Below are positions 6,235 to 13,967 of a DNA stretch of 13,967 bases, one piece after another. The translations under genes and the position numbers were made by a program. This DNA comes from Promethearchaeota archaeon (lineage in GTDB: Archaea > Asgardarchaeota > Lokiarchaeia > Sigyniarchaeales > SOKP01). The notes beneath the pieces were generated by a model. The model saw nothing but the letters and a program-made list of their open reading frames with translations. It did no database searches and had not been told where the DNA came from. The number at the start of each line of letters is the position of its first letter. Positions within the stretch are counted from its first letter, which is position 1. Location: the NCBI GenBank assembly GCA_008080735.1, contig SHMW01000097.1:1-13967 (forward strand). Reading direction: 5' to 3'.

Positions 6235-8505
6235 ATGAAAGATAAAGTAAGAGACATAATAGACATCTTATTAATTGAAGATAATATAGCAGATGTCAAA
6301 TTGCTGGAGGTTTTATTATCAGAAAATATAAATGTAGATTTTCAATATAAATTACACATAGCAAATACTCTAAAAGAAGGATTTAAATTATTGGAACAGA
6401 ACTCATTTGATGTTATTCTTTTAGATTTATCACTGCCAGATAGTAATGGTTTTAAAACTATTTCAACAGTTTATGAAGAGATAACCGAGATTCCTATCAT
6501 TGTCTTAACGGGTTTGGATGATATAAAGGGAGGGAGAAAAGCAGTCAAGCTGGGGGCTCAAGATTTTTTAATAAAAGGTAAAGTTGATGGAAATCATTTA
6601 GTACAGTCAATCTATCATTCTATCGAACGACATAAGATGATAAAAACTATTGAGGACCTTGCAAATGATTTGCAAAAAGAAGAACATAAACTGAGAAAAA
6701 TTATCAATGCTAATGCTGATGCGATAATAATTACATCAAAGAATGGAAAAGTTCAATTTATTAACCCTGCTGCTGAAGAATTATTTGAATGTAAAAGCAC
6801 TTCATTTAAAGGGGAAGAATTTGGATATGACATTAGCGAGAATGGAGGAAAAGAGATTTGTATCCAAAATTCCACTACGAAATATGCTGAAGTGAAACAA
6901 GTGGATATAGAGTGGGAAGGAAAGCACGCGAAACTCCTCACTCTCAGAGATATTACTAAAAATAAGCAATATGAGAAACTATTAAAAAAATCTGAAAGGA
7001 AATATCGTAATTTATTTGAAAATTCGCCATATCCTATTTTAATAATGGATTCTAGCGGAAAAATCGTAGATTGCAATTCTAATGTGTTAGAATTATTCGA
7101 AATTAATAAAGAAGAATTTATATCGGGAAATTATAAGGATGAGTTTCTTAAACCACTTAATGAGAGTAATCTTTTCTCTGAGAATTTAGAAGAATTAGAT
7201 CAGAATAACCTTCCCGATTCCTATGAGATGGAAATTAGAGTTTCTGAAAATAAAAAGTTATGGTTGGATCTCAATTTCTCATTCATATACTTAAATAATA
7301 CCCCATTAATTCATCTCTTAATCCGGAATATTACGCCGATTAAGCAATCTGAGAGAGAAATGCGAAAGTTAGAAAACACTCTCCACGAGATGAATTTGCT
7401 TATTGAACATGCTCCTATGGCCATTTTTTTAATATATAAGAATGGAAAGATTTTAAGAGCTAATAAGGCAGCGTTAGATTTATTTCAATACAGAGAAGAA
7501 AGTTTGTTAAATTCTAGGGTATATGACCTATTTGATTCGAAATATCAAAAGCTAATAAAAAGTCATTATCGGAAAGATGTATTCCATTCCGATTTGGAAA
7601 ATCAAATTGAAGCCCGAATAATAAGGAAGGACGGAAGGGTCAAGGATGTTGAAATTACATCAACTACCTTAAAGATTGCTGGTAATGTGATAATCCAATC
7701 TTTTATTTCAGATATAAGCTCTCGTAAAAATTATGAGAAAAATAGAGAATTACTGTTAGATCAACTAATCCAATCCTTAGAGTTTAAATCTAAATTTTTA
7801 GCGGCAATGTCCCATGATCTAAGAACCCCTCTCAATGCGATTATAGGGTTTTCGGGCTTATTATTAGATGAGTCCTATGGTAAGTTAAATGAAAGTCAAG
7901 AGGATTACTTAAATGATATTTACAGTGCTGCTGACCAATTAAGTGATTTGATAAATGCAATGCTCGACATTTCAAAAATTGAAATTGGAGGATTTGATTT
8001 AAAAAAGAAGGAATTCGATTTATATCCATTAGTAAAACAAATCCATTCGTTGTTTAAACCCCTCTATAAAAAAAAGGAGTTATCATTTCAAATTAAAAAT
8101 CTAAATAAAGCCAAATACATCTATGCAGATCCTGTAAGATTTAAGCAAATATTATATAATCTTATAGACAATGCTATAAAATATACAGAAGAAGGGGGAA
8201 TCATTTTAAGAATATTCGAACATCTTGAACACTGGGAGTTCCAAATAGAAGATACGGGGATTGGAATTGAAGAAAAGGATTATGAAGTTGTATTTAGAGA
8301 ATTTGGTAGAATAAAAAATGATGTGAAAAAGGAAGTCTCAGGTTCGGGAATAGGTCTATCCTTAACAAAACGTCTTGTCAAACTACATGGAGGGGAAATA
8401 TGGTTTGAAAGCGAGAAAGATAAAGGAACTACATTTTTCTTCACATTACCAAAAAGTAAGGAGGTTAGAAATAATGCAAATATCAAAACAAAATCAGAAA
8501 TTTAA
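6235..8505 (+). CDS. Hybrid kinase: REC - PAS - PAS - PAS - HisKA - HATPase_c
   Basis: The receiver is intact (LLIEDN, LLDLSLPD, VLTG, FLIK). Three PAS repeats end in DITK, NITP and DISS. The kinase core has H-box MSHDLRTPLN, NLIDNAIKY, DTGIG and GSGIGL. ATG 6235 is preceded by AGGTGA (6222-6227) and is preferred over the overlapping 6154 start. Confidence 0.93.
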   Translation: MKDKVRDIIDILLIEDNIADVKLLEVLLSENINVDFQYKLHIANTLKEGFKLLEQNSFDVILLDLSLPDSNGFKTISTVYEEITEIPIIVLTGLDDIKGGRKAVKLGAQDFLIKGKVDGNHLVQSIYHSIERHKMIKTIEDLANDLQKEEHKLRKIINANADAIIITSKNGKVQFINPAAEELFECKSTSFKGEEFGYDISENGGKEICIQNSTTKYAEVKQVDIEWEGKHAKLLTLRDITKNKQYEKLLKKSERKYRNLFENSPYPILIMDSSGKIVDCNSNVLELFEINKEEFISGNYKDEFLKPLNESNLFSENLEELDQNNLPDSYEMEIRVSENKKLWLDLNFSFIYLNNTPLIHLLIRNITPIKQSEREMRKLENTLHEMNLLIEHAPMAIFLIYKNGKILRANKAALDLFQYREESLLNSRVYDLFDSKYQKLIKSHYRKDVFHSDLENQIEARIIRKDGRVKDVEITSTTLKIAGNVIIQSFISDISSRKNYEKNRELLLDQLIQSLEFKSKFLAAMSHDLRTPLNAIIGFSGLLLDESYGKLNESQEDYLNDIYSAADQLSDLINAMLDISKIEIGGFDLKKKEFDLYPLVKQIHSLFKPLYKKKELSFQIKNLNKAKYIYADPVRFKQILYNLIDNAIKYTEEGGIILRIFEHLEHWEFQIEDTGIGIEEKDYEVVFREFGRIKNDVKKEVSGSGIGLSLTKRLVKLHGGEIWFESEKDKGTTFFFTLPKSKEVRNNANIKTKSEI

Positions 8506-11371
8506 TCTTTTATTTATATATAGCAAATATGAGAATTTAGAAATCTTAGCAAAAAGTTTGAAAGAGTTAGAAGCTTTTAACTATAATTTCATCTTAAATA
8601 AAAGAAAAATAGACTCAGTGAAAGGAATTAATCTCGCTAATTTTGATATCTGTATCTATAGCGACTTTCAGCTTGAATTATCTCAACTTCACAAATATTT
8701 TGAAAATATTAGGAACTTAAAGCAGAAATCTGTTATCTTTATAGGGAAACCCCAAGCCATTGAGAATTTAAACAAGATTTTTAGATTAGGGGTCAATTAT
8801 TATTTGGAACAAGATATATCAATTAATAGTCTATGTAAAGCAATTCTAAATTGCATACAATCTCCTAATCTAAAAAAAAGGACTAAAAAATTGGAGTTCT
8901 CTCAAGAAAAATTTAGAAGTCTTTTCGATAATTTAAACGATTCGGTAATTTTCCACGATCTAAAAGGAGATATAATCGAAGTTAATGATACGGCATGTAA
9001 AAGATTAAACTATACGCACGAGGATTTAAAAACAAAGAACCTTGTTTCAATAGATAGTCCCAAATTTAGAAAGTTTATTAAAGATCGAATTGAAGAATTG
9101 AAAAAGAAAGGAAATATCATATTTGAGTCAGAACATTTAACTAAAGGAGGAAAAGTTATCCCAGTAGAAATTAGTACCACTTTAGTTTCTTACGAGGGAA
9201 AAGAGGCTATACTTAGTATCGCTAGAGATATTTCCTTGAGGAAGAAGAAGAAGAAAAAGTACCAAAGAACCTTACAAAAATATAAACAACTTCATAAAGA
9301 GATGGAATTAATCCTTGATCACATCCCAGGTCTTGTTTACCATAAAGATACAGAAAACAACTTTTTAAGAGTTAATAAAAATTTAGCAGAAGTACATGGG
9401 ATGAGCAAGGAAGAAATGTCCGGAAAAAGTTGTTTTGAGATATTTCCAGAAGAACAAGCTCAAGCATATTGGGAAGACGATCTAGATGTTATTAAATCCG
9501 GAAAGCCCAAACTTTTTATTGAAGAAAAATGGCAAACTCCAGAGGGTTTACGCTGGACAAGCACTAGTAAAGTCCCGCTCAGAGATGAGGAGGGAACGAT
9601 TAAAGGAATTATAGGGTTTTCTATTGATTTAACAGAGAAGAAATTAATCGAAAAAGAACTTATTAAGTCTCAGAGAGAACTCAAAGTACGGAATAAAATA
9701 TCAAATCTTTTTCTAAGATATCAAGATGAAAAACTATACAATAAAATCTTAGATTACTTGCTTGAGATGTTTGAATCAAAGATTGGATATTTCAGTTATA
9801 TTAATAGTAAAGGAGATTTAGTATGTCCCACCATGAAAGGAGGTATATGGGAAAGATGTAGTGTAGTGGATAAAGATTTTATTTTCCCTAAGGATTCCTG
9901 GGCTGGATTATGGGGTCGATCATTAGAAGAGAGTAAAATTTTAACCTCTGAGGGCCCTTTTAATTTACCTCAAGGACATATCAAATTAAAAAATGTAGTC
10001 TGTATTCCCATTATATTCCAAAACGAAATTATTGGTCAAATTACTTTAGGAAATAAAAATAGCGGCTATGATAAAAAAAATATCAACTTGTTAAAAACCA
10101 TCTCAAACAAAATTGCCCCGATCTTGGATTTACGATTAAAAAGAAAACAGCAAGAAAGGAAAAAACAAAAAATTCAAGAAAAATTAAGAGAATCAGAAAA
10201 AAAATATCGTAGTGTCTTGGAGAATATAAAGGAGGGCTATTTTGAAATAGATTTAGATGGTAATTTCACTTTTTTTAACAATGCATTAACCAAAATTCTT
10301 GGATTGCAGGATAAGGAAATAAGAGGTAATAATTTAACTGATTATATAGATCAAAAGACAGAAATGCGCTTATCAAAAGAGTTTAAGAAGATCTTAAATA
10401 CAAAAAAAGGAAAAAAAAATATTCAGTTTAAACTAAAAAAAAACAATGAGGAGGAAATGTATCTTGAGACATCTGCTTATCCCCTATATAATTCCGATGA
10501 TAAAATGATTGGATTTTTTGGTTTATCTCGTGATATTACGGAGCGCAAGAGGGCGGAGCTAATCCAGAAAGAATTTCAAAATGAATTAGAACGGAAAGTG
10601 GATGAACGCACGAAAAAATTGAATCAAGCACTTCAAAAACAAAAACATTATTTAGACCATATTCTTAAAGCTTCACAATTTAAATCAGAATTTCTAGCGT
10701 CTATGTCTCATGAATTAAGAACCCCTCTGAATGCAATTGTTGGATTCACCGATTTAATATTAGAAGAATCTTTTGGAAAGCTTAATGAAAAGCAAAAAGA
10801 CTTTCTAAGCGATGTGAAGAGTTCTTCGCAGGATTTGCTTAATATGATTAATCAAGTATTAGATATATCAAAAATCGAAGCGGGTCAGCTCAACTTAGAC
10901 ATAAAAAGCTTTTCTCTTACTAACATGGTCAACCAAATTGATTCTACATTACGAGCATCTCTTAATGAAAAAAAACTTCAATTTATCACGAAAGGGTTAG
11001 ATAATATAAGCGATTTTAAAGCCGATCCGATTAAGTTTAAAGAAATTCTTACCAATTTACTAACTAATGCAATAAAATATACATTAAAAGGGAAAATTGA
11101 GTTAATTGCTGAAGATTCTGGAAAGAATTGGCTGTTTAAAATCTCTGATACAGGTATAGGTATAGAAAAGGAAGATTACAATATCATATTTAAAGAATTC
11201 AAAAGAGGGAACTCTCCTCTTATCAATTCAAAGAGAGGTACAGGACTCGGTTTACCTTTAACAAAAAGATTGGTAAATTTACATGGAGGAGAGATTTGGT
11301 TTAGAAGTAAAAAAGGAGAAGGAACAATTTTTTTCTTTACAATACCTAAAATGAAGATTAAACGTAATTAA
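8474..11371 (+). CDS. Histidine kinase: pseudo-receiver - PAS - PAS - GAF - PAS - HisKA - HATPase_c
   Basis: The kinase core has H-box MSHELRTPLN, NLLTNAIKY, DTGIG and GTGLGL. PAS domains end in DISLRK, DLTEKK and DITERK. A GAF region ends in VCIPIIFQNEIIGQITLGNK. ATG 8474 is preceded by GGAGGT (8460-8465) and is preferred over 8375. Confidence 0.92.
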   Translation: MQISKQNQKFNLLFIYSKYENLEILAKSLKELEAFNYNFILNKRKIDSVKGINLANFDICIYSDFQLELSQLHKYFENIRNLKQKSVIFIGKPQAIENLNKIFRLGVNYYLEQDISINSLCKAILNCIQSPNLKKRTKKLEFSQEKFRSLFDNLNDSVIFHDLKGDIIEVNDTACKRLNYTHEDLKTKNLVSIDSPKFRKFIKDRIEELKKKGNIIFESEHLTKGGKVIPVEISTTLVSYEGKEAILSIARDISLRKKKKKKYQRTLQKYKQLHKEMELILDHIPGLVYHKDTENNFLRVNKNLAEVHGMSKEEMSGKSCFEIFPEEQAQAYWEDDLDVIKSGKPKLFIEEKWQTPEGLRWTSTSKVPLRDEEGTIKGIIGFSIDLTEKKLIEKELIKSQRELKVRNKISNLFLRYQDEKLYNKILDYLLEMFESKIGYFSYINSKGDLVCPTMKGGIWERCSVVDKDFIFPKDSWAGLWGRSLEESKILTSEGPFNLPQGHIKLKNVVCIPIIFQNEIIGQITLGNKNSGYDKKNINLLKTISNKIAPILDLRLKRKQQERKKQKIQEKLRESEKKYRSVLENIKEGYFEIDLDGNFTFFNNALTKILGLQDKEIRGNNLTDYIDQKTEMRLSKEFKKILNTKKGKKNIQFKLKKNNEEEMYLETSAYPLYNSDDKMIGFFGLSRDITERKRAELIQKEFQNELERKVDERTKKLNQALQKQKHYLDHILKASQFKSEFLASMSHELRTPLNAIVGFTDLILEESFGKLNEKQKDFLSDVKSSSQDLLNMINQVLDISKIEAGQLNLDIKSFSLTNMVNQIDSTLRASLNEKKLQFITKGLDNISDFKADPIKFKEILTNLLTNAIKYTLKGKIELIAEDSGKNWLFKISDTGIGIEKEDYNIIFKEFKRGNSPLINSKRGTGLGLPLTKRLVNLHGGEIWFRSKKGEGTIFFFTIPKMKIKRN

Positions 11372-11374
11372 TAT

Positions 11375-12181
11375 TTAATCTTGATCTTCTTCTACTATAA
11401 CATCATTTAAGTTTTTTATAGTTTTTTCTTTTAATTTTTCCAAGTTCCCTGGCGTCCCAGTAGGTATTTTCTCTAATTTCTTAACAGAAGGTTTACTAGT
11501 TTTTTCTTTTATTTTCTTTTCTAAATTGATGATTCTGGAACTAAGCTGGATGACTGCATTTATAGTACTTTCTAATATTTGAGCCATTCTTTCTATTTTA
11601 ATCTCTATAGGTCCCTTTTTAAAAGTCTTGCCGTTAATGATTTCTCTAACCAGATTAACAAATTTTGGTTGGTTTGGAAAGCTTGAATAAATAGATGTTA
11701 AATAGATTTCATAATTATACTTTCTCTCATTTAGTTCTGGTTCAATTTGATCTTTTATATTTTTTATATTTGATTTTATAGATTTATTATCCTGAATCTC
11801 AGGGTCATATTTATGTAGAAAAATTAGGAAATAAGGATTTTCCTCCAATTTAATAACAAGTTCTAAGATCTTGTTGAAATAGTTCAAACTCTCTTCTATA
11901 CGGTCAATATCTTGTATATCAAAAACATAAATTATTAAATCTATATCTTGAAAATAGCGCTCTGGTTCTTCGAGATATTGATCTCGATGATCTTTTTGCC
12001 CTCCGAAGTCCCATATAAGGAAATTCATATCCTTTGTGTCAATTTCTCGTCGATCAACACCTCTTGTTGGTTCTAAAGAAGCTAAATCATCGATTCCTAA
12101 CTTTCCTCCGAATCGGGATAATAGTGATGTCTTCCCCGCGTTATCTAATCCTAGTACTATAATCTTTTGTTCTTCAATCAT
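11375..12181 (-). CDS. Arf/Rag-like small GTPase with C-terminal coiled coil
   Basis: G1 GLDNAGKT, G2 EPTRG, G3 WDFGGQ, G4 HKYD and G5 LTSI are present, followed by the heptad segment IERMAQILESTINAVIQLSSRIINLEKKI. Confidence 0.9.
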   Translation of the reverse strand: MIEEQKIIVLGLDNAGKTSLLSRFGGKLGIDDLASLEPTRGVDRREIDTKDMNFLIWDFGGQKDHRDQYLEEPERYFQDIDLIIYVFDIQDIDRIEESLNYFNKILELVIKLEENPYFLIFLHKYDPEIQDNKSIKSNIKNIKDQIEPELNERKYNYEIYLTSIYSSFPNQPKFVNLVREIINGKTFKKGPIEIKIERMAQILESTINAVIQLSSRIINLEKKIKEKTSKPSVKKLEKIPTGTPGNLEKLKEKTIKNLNDVIVEEDQD

Positions 12182-12218
12182 ATTTTAATCATTTAATTAT
12201 ACACTCATTACTATTGAA

Positions 12219-13685
12219 TTATTCTACAATTCCTCTTTTTTTGAATAAATCTTTTAATTCTGATATAATATCCCTTCTCGCATGAGCTCTTCCTCTTGCG
12301 CGTAATTCACTTTTTGATAAAGGTTTTTCTGAAGATTTATCTGAAACAGAATCTATTGCTGGAGGTTCAGGAGGGGGATTAAGATCTTTCGTATTTATGT
12401 TTCTTTTTTCAGCTTGCTGAGTAGGTTTAGGAGATTTTCCAGTTGGTGGTGCTATTGGTGGTGCTGTTGGTGGTGCTGGTGGTGTCATTTCTGGATCATT
12501 TCTTTCCAAAATTTCTTGGTTTATTGTTTTATTGTTATTTTTAGCGACTTGTGAAAAATCTAATGGTTTAGGAGTTCTTTTTGAGTAATATAGTCCTTGA
12601 TTATCTCTTTTATCCTCTTCAGCAACGAAATCCTCTGGAATTTCTCGAAATGGTATATCAAATAAAGAACCTGACACCTTAGCGGGTGAGATTCTAATTA
12701 ATAATCGTTTCATTTCAGATAATTCCGAAGAAATATTATCCATTAATTTAAGGTTAATATCCAGAATTTTTTCTAGTTTAGCATCGATATCTGGTATCTT
12801 TTGTTCTCCTTTCTCATATTGTTTTGAGAAAAAATTCTTAATGCTTTTAGCAATATCAGGTTCATTTGAATAAAAATTATAAATACTCGTTAGAATGATC
12901 TCGAAATTCCACGAGTTTTCTTTTTCTCCAAATAAATTGGAAACTTTATCATTTAGATATTCAATTTTTATCTGAAAATCAGGGTCATTAATGATGTCAG
13001 AATCTGCTTTATTGAGTAAGACCAAAACATAAGGAAACTCATCCATATATCCTAGTATATTCAGTAAATCATTTAAATAATCGACAGCATCGTCGTAACG
13101 AACATCATCTTGTGAATCAATCACAAAAATTAGAACATCAACTTGAACAAAAAACTTCTCAGGATCTTCGAGGTATTCTTCCACATGTCTTTTTTGTCCA
13201 CCTAAATCCCACAATACTAAATTTAATTTATCTGATTGAAATTCTTCAATATTTGCCCCCTTTGTGGGCTCTAAATCCATTAAATCGTGATAATCATAGT
13301 TATGAACCAATCTATTTATTAAACTTGTTTTTCCAGCAAAATCTAAACCTGCAATAACCACTTTCATTTGTGGTTTTTTTAGATATTCCTTTCTCTTATT
13401 CCAAGAATTGGAAATTAAACGTGAAGAAATATATAAATTTCGCAATATGGATTCATCAATAACTTTTTTTTTCAATATCTTTTGATATTGTTTTTGAGTT
13501 AAATCAGACGCATCTCTGATAGTCTTTATATCAGTCTTTTTTAAAGCATCTATCACACCCACATTAACATCCTTGAGTTTATCTAAGTTTAAGTCTAATA
13601 TAGCTTTAATACTTGTGGGATAATAATCTAATTCTAAAAAGCGATCACAAAAATATTTTATAATTGTCTTTGCGGATTCAGACAT
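12219..13685 (-). CDS. Multidomain Arf/Rag-like GTPase: N-terminal HhH-like domain, G domain, coiled coil, proline-rich linker, C-terminal amphipathic basic helix
   Basis: G1 GLDFAGKT, G2 EPTKG, G3 WDLGGQ, G4 NKAD and G5 LTSI are present. The tail contains TPPAPPTAPPIAPPT and PPPEPP and ends RRDIISELKDLFKKRGIVE. ATG 13685 is preferred; the GTG at 13694 looks like part of a GTGA ribosome-binding site. Confidence 0.88.
   Translation of the reverse strand: MSESAKTIIKYFCDRFLELDYYPTSIKAILDLNLDKLKDVNVGVIDALKKTDIKTIRDASDLTQKQYQKILKKKVIDESILRNLYISSRLISNSWNKRKEYLKKPQMKVVIAGLDFAGKTSLINRLVHNYDYHDLMDLEPTKGANIEEFQSDKLNLVLWDLGGQKRHVEEYLEDPEKFFVQVDVLIFVIDSQDDVRYDDAVDYLNDLLNILGYMDEFPYVLVLLNKADSDIINDPDFQIKIEYLNDKVSNLFGEKENSWNFEIILTSIYNFYSNEPDIAKSIKNFFSKQYEKGEQKIPDIDAKLEKILDINLKLMDNISSELSEMKRLLIRISPAKVSGSLFDIPFREIPEDFVAEEDKRDNQGLYYSKRTPKPLDFSQVAKNNNKTINQEILERNDPEMTPPAPPTAPPIAPPTGKSPKPTQQAEKRNINTKDLNPPPEPPAIDSVSDKSSEKPLSKSELRARGRAHARRDIISELKDLFKKRGIVE
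12444..12485. repeat. Short coding tandem repeat (tggtggtgc core, 12/12/9/9-nt units) encoding the APP(T/I) proline-rich repeat
   Basis: The + strand reads tggtggtgctat tggtggtgctgt tggtggtgc tggtggtgt. Confidence 0.8.
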
Positions 13686-13808
13686 AAATATCACATTAAA
13701 ATTCCAATAAAAGTTAAATCCAATTAATTCATCGAGTAGATCCTTTTAAGTTTGTGGAAAAAAAAATCTAGGTTTTTAGTTATATTTTCCTTTTTTTTAT
13801 CATTGAAA

Positions 13809-13967
13809 ATGCGAGAAAACTTATCTCTTAAGGGATGAGATGAATCGCATCGGAAATCAGCAATTCAACGCACCCTTGCCTTTTAAATACGCGGACTCGT
13901 TCTCTCCTACAGTACACTTTAAATGAGATCCTACCAAATGCACTCTACATTACAGCTTACGGTCATA
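13809..13967 (+). mobile_element. Probable IS200/IS605-family left-end hairpin followed by a possible decayed tnpA 3' remnant on the - strand
   Basis: An outer stem ATGCGA (13809-13814)/TCGCAT (13845-13850) encloses CTTATCTC-TTAA-GGGATGAG (8 pairs, 2 G-T), then ATGAAT. This resembles the subterminal hairpins of IS605-group ends. GC content rises from here. The - strand reads HLVGSHLKCTVGENESAYLK, weakly like the TnpA 'LW..SY...TVG' tail. Confidence 0.6.

Noticed and set aside
333-8486. Short - strand ORFs (333-527, 343-591, 776-1060, 2782-3147, 3697-3996, 4829-5041, 5693-6004, 6753-7076, 7841-8029, 8280-8486)
   Set aside because: All are antisense shadows of well-supported genes, with no recognisable motifs and the Phe/Ser/Ile-rich composition expected from reverse-reading A-rich genes.
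9241-9259. (GAA/AAG)n run encoding poly-Lys
   Set aside because: It is a short in-frame run in a post-PAS coiled-coil linker of an A-rich genome, with no evidence for a contingency locus.
13112-13357. 81-aa + strand ORF
   Set aside because: It lies antisense within the G domain of the 12219-13685 GTPase and has no independent support.
1-13967. Composite transposon carrying the whole block
   Set aside because: The left element lacks a visible right end, the right element is a fragment, and there is no evidence that they are the same element or that the block moved.
1-13967. CRISPR array, tRNA or rRNA genes
   Set aside because: No regularly spaced repeats or cloverleaf/rRNA-like segments were seen. 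Intergenic regions are short and AT-rich.

Overview
AT-rich archaeal window, most likely Asgard (Lokiarchaeia/Promethearchaeota-like). This is inferred from three Arf/Rag-like small GTPases, a longin-like protein, GGTGA/GGAGGT ribosome-binding sites and PAS-rich kinases with no DNA-binding response regulator. From left to right it contains: the 3' end of an IS200/IS605 tnpB; an amidohydrolase; a tightly packed + strand cluster; a convergent pair of paralogous Arf/Rag-like GTPases; and an IS605-type end hairpin. The + strand cluster comprises (i) a folliculin/SMCR8-like longin protein with an 'IKDxxARG' arginine-finger motif fused to a His-less HisKA (DHp)-like hairpin, (ii) a Rag-like GTPase fused to a winged helix, (iii) a PAS histidine kinase, (iv) a stand-alone receiver with an anomalous start, (v) a REC-PAS3 kinase and (vi) a pseudoREC-PAS-PAS-GAF-PAS kinase. 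One GTPase of the convergent pair has an N-terminal HhH-like domain and a polyproline plus amphipathic-helix tail. The main candidate for a new system is a module that could couple two-component phosphosignalling to a eukaryote-like longin-GAP/Rag-type GTPase switch with a DNA-binding output. All domain calls are by eye from motifs; no searches were run.
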